Shown here piece after piece: positions 31,834-41,508 of a DNA stretch of 64,000 bases. Made by a program: the position numbers and the translations under genes. Source of the DNA: Candidatus Borrarchaeum weybense (GTDB lineage Archaea; Asgardarchaeota; Sifarchaeia; Borrarchaeales; Borrarchaeaceae); the NCBI GenBank assembly GCA_019057385.1, contig JAHQJS010000007.1:352001-416000 (forward strand), read 5' to 3'. A model generated the notes under the pieces. It was not told where the DNA came from and searched no databases. It was given only the letters and a program-made list of their open reading frames with translations. Positions within the stretch are counted from its first letter, which is position 1. Each line of letters opens with the position of its first letter.

Positions 31834-32424
31834 TTACCACCAGTCATTTTTTGCTCGTTCCTTCCACTCAACTGCTTTTTCTACCTCAAAAAGCCGTTCT
31901 TCCAGCATCATACTACCAAGTTTAAGGAACACTTCCTCCACATTCTGATTGGTCTTTGCTGACGTTTCAAAAAACGGAATATCCTGCTGATAGTGTTTAG
32001 AAAGATGTTTCGCTAAATGCTCCCCCTCATCTGTGTCAACTGATCTTATATCATCTAAATCACACTTATTCCCTATAATTATAGTCGGCAAAGAAGTGCC
32101 AACATTTCCCGTAAGGTAACCCATCCAGATTGGTATCCTCTCAAATGATTGTCGTCTAGTCACATCATATACGACCAAAGCACCATGTGCACCACTATAG
32201 TACGCTGGTTGCAGAAAACGAAATCGTTCTTGTCCTGCAGTATCCCAGATCTGCAGTTTGACTTTTTGTCCCTTAATTGTGCACATCTTCATTCCAAACT
32301 CAACGCCAATAGTCATTAAATACTCTCCGTCAAATTGACCATGGCATATTCTCACAGTTATACTTGTTTTTCCGACGGCACCGTCTCCAATAACGACAAC
32401 CTTGAAAAGATTTTGTTTCGCCAT
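31834..32424 (-). CDS. Rab-like small GTPase (tandem copy 2)
   Basis: GDGAVGKT, IGVEF, KLQIWDTAGQE, NKCD, SAK; ends DWW. Confidence 0.95.
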   Translation of the reverse strand: MAKQNLFKVVVIGDGAVGKTSITVRICHGQFDGEYLMTIGVEFGMKMCTIKGQKVKLQIWDTAGQERFRFLQPAYYSGAHGALVVYDVTRRQSFERIPIWMGYLTGNVGTSLPTIIIGNKCDLDDIRSVDTDEGEHLAKHLSKHYQQDIPFFETSAKTNQNVEEVFLKLGSMMLEERLFEVEKAVEWKERAKNDWW

Positions 32425-32462
32425 TATTTCACCATTTTAGTAAATTTTTTCTTTTTAAAAAA

Positions 32463-33050
32463 TTACCACCAAGTACCTTCTGCACGTTCTTTCCATTCTT
32501 CAGCATTCTTAAATTCAATAAGCCGTTCTTCTAGCATCAATGAGCCGAGTTTAATAAATAACTCCTCTACATTCTGATTGGTTTTGGCAGACGCTTCAAA
32601 GAAGGGAATTACTCTTTTATACTCAGTTGAAAGTTTTTCTGCTAAAAGTTTACCTTCCTCGAAGGTGACCACTCTCAATTCATCTAGATCACACTTATTT
32701 CCTACGAGAATAGTAGGAATAGGATCAGTAATTGTACTAAGAAGATTGTCCATCCATGAAGGAATTTTGTCGAAAGACTCCTTGCGAGTTATATCGTACA
32801 CAAGAAGTGCTCCATGTGACCCCCGATAATATGCTGGCTGGAGAAAACGAAACCTTTCTTGTCCTGCAGTATCCCAGATTTGCATTCTAATCTCGTCATT
32901 CTCAACCGTACAAGCCTTTGTTCCAAACTCGACACCAATAGTCATCAAGTATTCTCCGTCAAATTGACCATGACAAGTCCTAACTGTTATACTTGTTTTT
33001 CCGACAGCGCCATCTCCAATAACAACGATCTTGAAAAGACTATTGTCCAT
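32463..33050 (-). CDS. Rab-like small GTPase (tandem copy 3)
   Basis: Same G-boxes, LVYDIT; ends TWW. Confidence 0.95.
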   Translation of the reverse strand: MDNSLFKIVVIGDGAVGKTSITVRTCHGQFDGEYLMTIGVEFGTKACTVENDEIRMQIWDTAGQERFRFLQPAYYRGSHGALLVYDITRKESFDKIPSWMDNLLSTITDPIPTILVGNKCDLDELRVVTFEEGKLLAEKLSTEYKRVIPFFEASAKTNQNVEELFIKLGSLMLEERLIEFKNAEEWKERAEGTWW

Positions 33051-33320
33051 TTTTTATACCACCATGCCAAATACATACTTTCTGAACTAGTTCTTTACTT
33101 TTTCTTGAAAATTATCGAGGAATTATCTCTTCCTTTGTTCCCTTACGTTTTGATGTTCGGAAGTTATTCCCAAGATTCGAGCAGTTTGTTAATACTTAAG
33201 TTTTCTAGTAAATTTCTTCTCAATTAAAGAGCGAAAAAATTCCAATTTCATTTCTAGCTCTAATTTTAATTTCAATTTTGCTAACTAATTTATGTTATAT
33301 CACAATCTAGTTTTCGTAGA

Positions 33321-34415
33321 TTATTTCCACTCATCCCACAATTTAGAAAAAATACTTGCCAACGAGATGAGGTCCTGTTTATTGTGGTCAACGATAGGGA
33401 TTAAAGGTCCTGGATTTTCTGTTTTCAAATATGTATCATAAAAATCTGGAATTAGAGTATTTGGTACATCATCTTCCCTTTTGATTCCAAGCAGATGATT
33501 TTCTATGGTATTTAATCGACAATTTGGTAGGTGTTCTTTCCACGCACGCCTTGAGAAATGAAGTAAGTCAATGTTGAAATGCTTGAGATCTGCATCCATC
33601 CCATAATAAGCAACACGTTCCTGTATATAGGGAACATCAAAGGCACGTCCGTTATATGTAACTAAGGCAGCACTCTCTTTAAAATGAGAAAGGGTAGCTG
33701 CTATTGCTCCAGCCTCTTCTGAGATATCACGCAATAAATATTGACTTATTGAAATTTTTTTACCTGAAATATGAGCGATACCAAACAATATTATTGGCCT
33801 TGTAAAGAATCCAAGTGTTTCTATATCGAGAAACACAAAATCTTCCTTATTATATAGACCTGACGCATATAACATAAGTGGGTGCGACTTTGGAAAGCGT
33901 TTTCCAATCCAATCAATTATGTTGACAAGGTCAAATTCGTCAAAGAATGTCAAGAATTCTTTAGCTTTGCTTCTGAATCGTGGATGTCCAATAAGATCTT
34001 TGATAGTCTTGTATCCTTTCCGTTTTAATTGAAGTTCAGTTTTCTCTCTAATGCCAAAAATAAGCTTAAGATCTGATAATATTTTTTTTCTCATTTCATC
34101 TTTGTCTGGTTTTATTAGACTAACTTCGGTGTGATCTGATAGGCAATAACATGCACCCATTTCCGTTGTAAGTTCTTCTCCACTAAGCACATCTTCGATT
34201 TTTGCCCCTTCATACCTATCAAGCAAGTCGATCTTCAATTTTTGGGCTTCTAAATATTTAAAATCAAGTATAAACGAAGGGATAAATCCTGTTTCGACTA
34301 ATGGTTCTTCAGCAGTAATTTCAAATTCTTTTGCAATATCTACTCGTTCTCTGAACTTTCTTCCTATGTTATCGAAGAAATCTTCCATGCTATCCTTTGT
34401 CTCCTGCTTGTTCAT
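33321..34415 (-). CDS. RNase H-like (DEDD) exonuclease, YprB-like
   Basis: FLDIETLG, TYNGRAFDVP, HN.QD; HhH-like LIFGI. Confidence 0.85.
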   Translation of the reverse strand: MNKQETKDSMEDFFDNIGRKFRERVDIAKEFEITAEEPLVETGFIPSFILDFKYLEAQKLKIDLLDRYEGAKIEDVLSGEELTTEMGACYCLSDHTEVSLIKPDKDEMRKKILSDLKLIFGIREKTELQLKRKGYKTIKDLIGHPRFRSKAKEFLTFFDEFDLVNIIDWIGKRFPKSHPLMLYASGLYNKEDFVFLDIETLGFFTRPIILFGIAHISGKKISISQYLLRDISEEAGAIAATLSHFKESAALVTYNGRAFDVPYIQERVAYYGMDADLKHFNIDLLHFSRRAWKEHLPNCRLNTIENHLLGIKREDDVPNTLIPDFYDTYLKTENPGPLIPIVDHNKQDLISLASIFSKLWDEWK

Positions 34416-34637
34416 CTAATTTCCTTATTTTTGTCGCTCGTGACTTATGGATTATAAATATCTATATTCTATTAAGATTATAAAAAGATCGCCTTAAAAA
34501 TAGGAAAGCATGTTCTTTCTAAAGAATAAATTTTCCTAAAGATAGGAAACAACATTCTTTTAATCTGACATTAGATTCTAAAAAACAAAAAAATAAAAGA
34601 TTTTCACAGAGCCCAGACTTTTATAGTGCTCAAACAT

Positions 34638-35435
34638 TTAATTTAGTATTTCACCATTTATGTTAATGGTTACTGTTTCAAACGGAATGCTACTACCTGC
34701 CTCTTTCATTGCTTGTTCTACAACTCTTACAAGACCTGAGCAGCAAGGAACTTCCATCTTCACAATTGTTATGCTTTTAGGAGTTGATGTCTGAATTATT
34801 TGTGCTAATTTCATCACATAAGCATTGGCATCATCAAGTTTTGGACAACCAACTGCGATTGCGTTACCCTTTACAAAATCCTGATGAAAATTGCCATAAG
34901 AAAATGGAACACAATCTGCAATTATTGCTAAGTCTGCATTCTTAAAATATGGCGCAGATGGCGGAACTAAATGTATCTGTACAGGCCATTGTCGTAGCTG
35001 GCTTTCCAGTTTCACTGTTTCTTTAGGGGCAGTCTCCTCTTTATCCCATTGAAGCATCTGTACTGAAGGACAACCACCACATCCTCCTCCTGTTTCAGTT
35101 TTTTGTAATTGTAGTGCAGGTAATTCGTGTGCATGTTCTTCCATATGCTGTTTATGTGATTCTAGCATCTCAGGCGTCAATTCTTTTATTCGAGCGATTA
35201 CCGCATCTTCATTGTAAGCCTCTACTTCTTTTTCCTCAATTATCAACGCTCCAGTGGGACAGGCACCAAGACAGGCACCAAGTCCATCACAGTAAAACTC
35301 TTTTACTAGCCTGGCTTTAAGCCCATTAGGTGTATCAACTAGTTCTAAAGCCTGCTCGGCGCAATTGGGTATGCATTCGCCACAACCAGTACACAATTCT
35401 TCATCAATTGTGATGATTTTTCTTTTTACTTTCAT
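34638..35435 (-). CDS. 4Fe-4S binding protein
   Basis: CTGCGECIPNC, CDGLGACLGACP, QWPVQ, GCPKLD, MEVPCC. Confidence 0.88.
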   Translation of the reverse strand: MKVKRKIITIDEELCTGCGECIPNCAEQALELVDTPNGLKARLVKEFYCDGLGACLGACPTGALIIEEKEVEAYNEDAVIARIKELTPEMLESHKQHMEEHAHELPALQLQKTETGGGCGGCPSVQMLQWDKEETAPKETVKLESQLRQWPVQIHLVPPSAPYFKNADLAIIADCVPFSYGNFHQDFVKGNAIAVGCPKLDDANAYVMKLAQIIQTSTPKSITIVKMEVPCCSGLVRVVEQAMKEAGSSIPFETVTININGEILN

Positions 35436-35546
35436 TGAAACACCTCAAATCAAATCATCGTTTGAATATACCACTGTCATCTTTAAAAGACTGCGCATGA
35501 AGGCAGAAATACGCTAAGAAAAATAATGATATTAATTAAATGCGTT

Positions 35547-36395
35547 TCACGGGAGATAATCTATAAAAAACTTATCAAGTCCTAAATCTCGTATTCGATT
35601 CCAATCTTGTTTTAGATAGGGATGAATATGCTTTTTAAATTCTTCAGAATACTTCTTACTTCCCAGATACTCTTCAAGAACAACCAATGTAGATTTACAT
35701 AAATCATGAATGGTTGCCTTTACAGTTTCAGCACTTAATTCTGGATTAAAAACATTTACACTCAAGACATCTAAAAAAGTCTCTTTTATGTCAAAAATTT
35801 GCGAAAGTTCTTCCACATTTAGAATATGCTTATGATACTCTATCGTTTCTTTTAATTGATCCTCAAGTTTTTGCTTAATTTTTCCTTTTTTGAAAAGAGG
35901 GAAAGTCATTTTAGCGATTCTAGAAAAAAGCTGTTGAAATACTTCCAATATATCCATTTTTTCAGCAATTGAAGTTGTAATCTTAACATCCATCCATGAG
36001 TGTATTAAATCTTCAATGATATCGTTGAATTTTTGAAATATTGTTTGTTCACCGCTCCAATTCAACCAGAACTCCCTACCTCCTTTCACCACAAAAGGAA
36101 ATTCCTGCAGAAATGAACTTTTTATATAGTCTACCTGCATTTTAAGATTTGATCTCTTGTCTTCTTTGTCTGCTGCTAAAACAAAAAGTAAGTTATGACT
36201 GAAACAATAGACAAAAATGTATTCTCCCATTTCCATACTTTCTATACCGAAACCACTTATTTCACTTTCTGCAAAGGTATAAACTGCGGACAAAAAACCA
36301 GATAACAGAACATCTTGTGCTTCAATAGATCCAAATCTTTTATGAAATACTGGTCTTCCAGTTTCTTTTTCGAGTATCCAGACATTTTGGATCAT
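35547..36395 (-). CDS. longin-domain protein (paralogue A)
   Basis: MIQNVWILEKETGRPVF...LLSGFLSAV..F; start moved to 36395 by alignment with its paralogue. Confidence 0.8.
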   Translation of the reverse strand: MIQNVWILEKETGRPVFHKRFGSIEAQDVLLSGFLSAVYTFAESEISGFGIESMEMGEYIFVYCFSHNLLFVLAADKEDKRSNLKMQVDYIKSSFLQEFPFVVKGGREFWLNWSGEQTIFQKFNDIIEDLIHSWMDVKITTSIAEKMDILEVFQQLFSRIAKMTFPLFKKGKIKQKLEDQLKETIEYHKHILNVEELSQIFDIKETFLDVLSVNVFNPELSAETVKATIHDLCKSTLVVLEEYLGSKKYSEEFKKHIHPYLKQDWNRIRDLGLDKFFIDYLP

Positions 36396-36651
36396 GGGTC
36401 CTCCCCATAGCGAGTATAACCCTATTAATATTTGTGTTTTTCGCTCACGACAAAAAAGGCTATTTGCTATACTTAGTGTATTTGTATTTAACTCAATAGA
36501 ACTCATAAATTGAAGACATAAGATTCTTTTATCGCAATTTAAATTTCTTTTTAGCTCTTAGTCGAATGAGAATGCATTTTAATAATACAAAATATTGAAT
36601 ATTGTGATACTTTGGTGTACAAGATATTTAGTGTGCATTAAAATTGTTTAC

Positions 36652-36698
36652 AAGTCTCCATCAAGGAAACCCCTACCGTTTAGCATGAAATAGCTCAC
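36652..36698 (+). mobile_element. degenerate 47-bp fused-end IS200/IS605 mini-element
   Basis: TTAC then AAGTCTCCATCAAGGAAACCCC...TTTAG...TAGCTCAC; left-end-like and right-end-like motifs, hairpin decayed. Confidence 0.45.
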
Positions 36699-37549
36699 AT
36701 GACGTAATTAATGAAAAACTTATCAAGCTCCAATTCGCGTATTCTATCCCAATCTTGTTTAACGTATGGGAAGACATGAGTTCGAAATTCTTCACCAAAA
36801 CTTTTCTTTCCCATGTATTCCTGGAGAACATCTAGTATCGTTTTGCATAAATCTAAAAGTGTTAGCTTCAGTGTTGAAACAGTTAATTCAGGATTAAAGA
36901 CATTTACAGATAACACATCAAGAAAGGTCTTTTCACTATCATATATACTTGAAAGTTCTTCTATGTTTAAAACACTCTTATGAGCTTTTATTATTTCCAT
37001 TAACTTGAGCTCTAAATTTGCTTTAATTGACATCTCTCTAAAATATGGAAAGCTAATTTTTGCTATCCTTGAAAAAATCTGCTGAAAAACCTCTAAAAAG
37101 TCCATTTTTTCAGCAATAGATGTCGTAGCTTCGACCTCTACCCAAGAGCCTATTAAATCCCTCAAAGGAAACATAAATTTTTTGAATTTATCTCGATCTC
37201 CAAGCCAATTCCTGAGAAAGTCCTCATGATTTTCTTTGAGACCAGGAAATTCGTCTATAAAACTATCCCTTATTAAATCAATCTGTGCTTTAAGGCTAGA
37301 TGAACTATCTGTCTTATCCGCTGCCATAACAAAAAGAAGTCCGTGTGAAAGGCAATAAATCATATTATAGTCTCCCATTTCCATGCTTTCTATACCAAGA
37401 CCACCTATTTCCGTCTCAGCAAACGAATATATAGCAGATAAAAATCCTGATAGCAAATCTTCTTCCGTCTCGATAGAACCTAGTTTATCGTGAAACAGAA
37501 GCCTTCCACTTTTCTCTAGAATCCACACATTATGAATCATAGTGCTCAC
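36695..37549 (-). CDS. longin-domain protein (paralogue B)
   Basis: MIHNVWILEKSGRLLF...LLSGFLSAI..F; colinear with paralogue A over its full length. Confidence 0.82.
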   Translation of the reverse strand: MSTMIHNVWILEKSGRLLFHDKLGSIETEEDLLSGFLSAIYSFAETEIGGLGIESMEMGDYNMIYCLSHGLLFVMAADKTDSSSSLKAQIDLIRDSFIDEFPGLKENHEDFLRNWLGDRDKFKKFMFPLRDLIGSWVEVEATTSIAEKMDFLEVFQQIFSRIAKISFPYFREMSIKANLELKLMEIIKAHKSVLNIEELSSIYDSEKTFLDVLSVNVFNPELTVSTLKLTLLDLCKTILDVLQEYMGKKSFGEEFRTHVFPYVKQDWDRIRELELDKFFINYVM

Positions 37550-37744
37550 ATGACAAAATTAAGTATTTTTAAGACTTTTTCCGTATTAAACGCCCTATCC
37601 CTGCTTACTAGTATACTTATCATGGTTTAATAAAAAAGTTGTCCCTTAAAAAAGGAATATTCGAATGTAACTGTAACTTCTAAACTTCTGATAGTCTCGC
37701 TTCTTACGATAAGCTCAATTTTACTGATAATAAGCGTGCTAAAA

Positions 37745-39157
37745 TTAATTTCCTGGCAGTTTACATTCCGTTAACTCTTCGTCTCGTAATTTTCCTCTCA
37801 CGAGCGATGCAAAAACACCCACAATACAAAGGATGACGAAGATGATAAATGCTACTTGCACACTCATTAAGAAGAGTGGATAATTTTCAGGAGTTATTTG
37901 AACTCGTCCGATGAATAAGTTAAACAATAGCATTGCTGTTGCCATGCTGAGCAGTTGCCCAATCAGACGCATCGTTCCAACCATTCCAGAAGCTACACCG
38001 TAACATTTCTTCTCGACTGAGCTCATAATTGCATTTGTATTGGGAGATGAAAATAACGCAAAGCCTAAGCCAAGGAGACATAAACTCGCTATGATAAACT
38101 CCAATGCTGTTGTTTCTGATAGAATAAAAGCGAATATTGAAAGTCCTACGACGATCAATGTCATACCACTTGAGGCAACGATACGCGGTTCAATTCTGTC
38201 AGAAAGCTTGCCAGCAAATGGTGAAAAAATTGCTTGCATAACTGGTTGTGCCAATAGAATCATACCCGCATTTAGAGGGCTAAAATTTTTTATGTACTGT
38301 AAATATAAACTTAAAAGAAAACCTACAGCAAATGTTGCACTATAATTAATCAACGCAGCCATATTAGAGAAAGTAAAGACTCTGTTTGTTCTAAATAGAG
38401 TTACATCCAAAATAGGATGTTCCACCTTCAATTCCCAGAAAATAAAAAGAGTAAGTCCTAAAAAGCCTGCTAAAATTAACCATGCCCCCATTATCGCTGG
38501 CAACAAAGAAAGTCCATACATAATCGCTATAAGCATAACGCTCCAAAGTATAGAACCAGTATAATCGAATTTTTCTCCCTCTGCTTCTGCCCATTCTTTC
38601 CCTTTAAATTTCCAGAAAATAAAAATAAGTGTTATTGCGCCTAGAGGCACGTTTGAAAGAAATACGCTTCTCCATCCGAACTGTTGGGTTAGAAATCCGC
38701 CTAAGAATGGACCAACAGAAAGTCCAAAATAAACAGCGGCCACATTAATTCCCAATGCTTTACCTCGCTCTCCTGGAGGGAATACTGAAGTCAAAATTGC
38801 GACGCCTGTGCCGAAGATCATTGAAGCGCCAAAGCCCTCTATAAAACGAAAGGCAACAAGCCATTCTCCAGATGGTGAATTCGCTGAAAGGATGGCAGAA
38901 AGTGTGTAAATGAATATACCAATACTGAACACCTTTTTTCTTCCGTAAATATCAGCTATTCTTCCAATTGAGACCAAAAAAATTGCAGCTGCCAAAAGGT
39001 AAGCTGTAGCAACCCAACTTAATAACACAGCATCCATTCCATACTCATTGGCAATTGTGGGAAGAGCAATGTTAACAGCCGAACCCATGAAGGGTGTAAG
39101 GAATCCTGCCATAGTAGCTACAATTAACGCATACTTCTTGATTTCATCATCATTCAT
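37745..39157 (-). CDS. MFS transporter, DHA2-like (14 TM)
   Basis: VNIALP, GRIADIYGRKK, GPFLGG. Confidence 0.93.
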   Translation of the reverse strand: MNDDEIKKYALIVATMAGFLTPFMGSAVNIALPTIANEYGMDAVLLSWVATAYLLAAAIFLVSIGRIADIYGRKKVFSIGIFIYTLSAILSANSPSGEWLVAFRFIEGFGASMIFGTGVAILTSVFPPGERGKALGINVAAVYFGLSVGPFLGGFLTQQFGWRSVFLSNVPLGAITLIFIFWKFKGKEWAEAEGEKFDYTGSILWSVMLIAIMYGLSLLPAIMGAWLILAGFLGLTLFIFWELKVEHPILDVTLFRTNRVFTFSNMAALINYSATFAVGFLLSLYLQYIKNFSPLNAGMILLAQPVMQAIFSPFAGKLSDRIEPRIVASSGMTLIVVGLSIFAFILSETTALEFIIASLCLLGLGFALFSSPNTNAIMSSVEKKCYGVASGMVGTMRLIGQLLSMATAMLLFNLFIGRVQITPENYPLFLMSVQVAFIIFVILCIVGVFASLVRGKLRDEELTECKLPGN

Positions 39158-39241
39158 AACGGTCGATCACTTATGACCGACTTATATGTCTTGCTATTTA
39201 AGTTATTAAAAAACTAAAATTCATCCATTGGCTTTTTTAAG

Positions 39242-39661
39242 TTATTCTAAATCCATTTTGTATCCGCAGTCACGACATTCGTATAAATAAAATGCGACTA
39301 GCCCTCCACATTTTGGACAACAATATTTATTCAGTTGTTCTTTCAACCAGTTTATTTCACCGATTTCCTTAATTCTTTTGAGATTATCAACTATCTCTTC
39401 TCGATACCTAAACTTTTTGTCACCTAGGTGAGATTTTTGGAGACGAGTGATCAGCGTACACGGTAACTCACTACATTGATTACAAGAATCAAATTTGTGT
39501 TCATCAATACAACAGCGTCGAATTTTGCAACCCCACTTACTGGTGCGTTTCTGAGTTCTATCATCAGAACTACAGCCATAACAAGTTCCTTTATAGAACG
39601 ATGGACAAGCACCACAGTATACTCCACAGGGGGCTGCTAAATCTTCGAGTTCGTGCTTCAT
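39242..39661 (-). CDS. DUF3795-like Cys-rich protein
   Basis: APCGVYCGACP, CKIRRCC, C..C.ELPC, C-terminal Zn ribbon. Confidence 0.8.
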   Translation of the reverse strand: MKHELEDLAAPCGVYCGACPSFYKGTCYGCSSDDRTQKRTSKWGCKIRRCCIDEHKFDSCNQCSELPCTLITRLQKSHLGDKKFRYREEIVDNLKRIKEIGEINWLKEQLNKYCCPKCGGLVAFYLYECRDCGYKMDLE

Positions 39662-39689
39662 AGCAATCAGCCATTGTAGTTTGCTATTG

Positions 39690-40316
39690 TTATTTTGACT
39701 TGACAGGCTGTCTTATTACCGTCTTCCATTTTTCTTCTGGAGTTCGCCTTGGATCTGATAAATATATTTCGTGGTGTTTTTCTATTAAGCCATCAAACTC
39801 GCAGTCATTATTTCGAATGAACTTGTGCAGTTTCTCTATTGTTGGTCCTTCGGCAGAATAATGACCGATATGCATTATTTGTGCGGATAATCCTTCTTGA
39901 AAACTCTCAAATCTAAGCTTAGGAAGAGCTGGTGGATTCTTTTTTTCCTTAACTTGTTCGATAGCTTCCTTGATTAAAGTTTTTGTCACTTGTGAAGGCT
40001 GTACGATCATTGCAGTCCATTTCCACGCATCTTTATTACCGACCAGAAAATCTTTCATGTTGTTAGACCACCAAAGACCTTCCAGTGGCATTACGACGTA
40101 GTCTTGTGCTGGTTTTTTCTTTTTCACCATAAACTTGACGGTGTAACTAACACTATAAAGTGCTTCAATTGCCACCTTGTATTCTTGAGCAGTATTAGGA
40201 TCGCCTTCACCGTCTAACATTAAAAAATTCATTTCAGGAACGTCAACAAAGACGCATTCTTTTGTTGATGGAAAGTATAAATGTTTTAGTTCTTTCTTTA
40301 AGTCTTTTTTTGCCAT
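39690..40316 (-). CDS. GyrI-like small-molecule-binding protein
   Basis: DGEGDPN, MPLEGLWW, HHEIYLSDPR. Confidence 0.9.
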   Translation of the reverse strand: MAKKDLKKELKHLYFPSTKECVFVDVPEMNFLMLDGEGDPNTAQEYKVAIEALYSVSYTVKFMVKKKKPAQDYVVMPLEGLWWSNNMKDFLVGNKDAWKWTAMIVQPSQVTKTLIKEAIEQVKEKKNPPALPKLRFESFQEGLSAQIMHIGHYSAEGPTIEKLHKFIRNNDCEFDGLIEKHHEIYLSDPRRTPEEKWKTVIRQPVKSK

Positions 40317-40331
40317 AAGTTTTACCTCCTT

Positions 40332-40880
40332 TCATTTTATAATATCTTCTTCTATAAATTTGACAAATAATTCAAGCCACAACTTTTCTGTTTTTAAATA
40401 TGCTAAAGGTCTGCTAAAAAGTGCAGTTACAAAATAAGGAGAATTATTTTCTTCATGTTGATAGTGTGCTTTTTCAATGAAGTCAATACTTTGATCTAAA
40501 GATTTTATATACTTCTTTAAGCACTCAACAACTACATCAGGTTTTAAAATTGGGATATGAGCAATACCAAGGTCAAGAGGAGAGATTAATTTTGCGGGTT
40601 CTGATAGTAATACTCTGACTTTTTTTTGTAAAACTGAATTACCCTTTTTTGTTAGACTATAAACCCTCCTAGACGGTTTACCCTCGATATCCATCATCTT
40701 GCTGCCAATTAGACCTTTATCTTCGAGTTTATTCAACAAATAATAGATGCTCGAAAAACCTATTTCAGTCCAAGCACGATATCCTCTTTCCTCTATTACT
40801 TTCTCAATTTCGTAGCCATAACGAGATTTTTCTGCCAGTAATCCAAGTATAGCTGTTTCACGATTGGTTATTTTGGTCAT
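40332..40880 (-). CDS. PadR family transcriptional regulator
   Basis: ILGLL..YGYEI, SIYYLL.KLE, R.VY.LT.KG. Confidence 0.92.
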   Translation of the reverse strand: MTKITNRETAILGLLAEKSRYGYEIEKVIEERGYRAWTEIGFSSIYYLLNKLEDKGLIGSKMMDIEGKPSRRVYSLTKKGNSVLQKKVRVLLSEPAKLISPLDLGIAHIPILKPDVVVECLKKYIKSLDQSIDFIEKAHYQHEENNSPYFVTALFSRPLAYLKTEKLWLELFVKFIEEDIIK

Positions 40881-40897
40881 TTATATTCCGATTTTTC

Positions 40898-40917
40898 ATA
40901 TTCTAATTTTAGAATAT
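40898..40917. promoter_or_regulatory. palindromic operator, probable PadR autoregulatory site
   Basis: ATATTCTAA-TT-TTAGAATAT perfect inverted repeat 17 bp upstream of padR, with degenerate half-sites on both sides. Confidence 0.6.
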
Positions 40918-40973
40918 ATATTATAGTACTAGAATATTAACTTTATCTTCATCAATAGACAATGTATTAAAAC

Positions 40974-41411
40974 ATGTCACCAGAACAAAGAGAAATAAAA
41001 TTAAGGCCACATCACGTTTGGGGATTACATGACATTCAGGAAAATACTGATCACTATTATCTCCCCAATGAAGAATATATAGTTAAATGGAGAGAACAAG
41101 AAGGGGAAATCAAATATACTGAGAAATTGATATTGCATGGTAGAGATACAATTAGATTTCTTTTTGAAAATCCAGATTATGAGTTCACATATATTGATGG
41201 AAAAACTGAAGTTGATACAATCTGCTTAGAATGCAATACTTTCGAAGAATGCCACGATCCCGAATGCGAATCATTTCACAATGCACAGAAATGGGATGAA
41301 GACGCACTAAAAGCAATGCCATTTTTGAAAACGATGGAATTCGGAAAAAAATACAATCTGAATAAGTTCAATGAAATTCGAGACGCATTTCAAAGAAGTG
41401 TAAGCCAATGA
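40974..41411 (+). CDS. hypothetical protein, DUF1284-like
   Basis: LRPHH...D.IC..C...C...D pattern. Confidence 0.6.
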   Translation: MSPEQREIKLRPHHVWGLHDIQENTDHYYLPNEEYIVKWREQEGEIKYTEKLILHGRDTIRFLFENPDYEFTYIDGKTEVDTICLECNTFEECHDPECESFHNAQKWDEDALKAMPFLKTMEFGKKYNLNKFNEIRDAFQRSVSQ

Positions 41412-41508
41412 TGGACTCTGAAAAACAATCTCTCTTCTCTAGGAAAACATTTGATGACCGTTTCTTGACAAAATAAGCTCTTACATGCGATAGGTTTTAA
41501 AATACAGG

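Noticed and set aside
33321-34415. MrfAB-like exonuclease-helicase pair with the helicase at 49603
   Set aside because: 15 kb apart, and the helicase is Ski2-like without a C-terminal four-Cys domain
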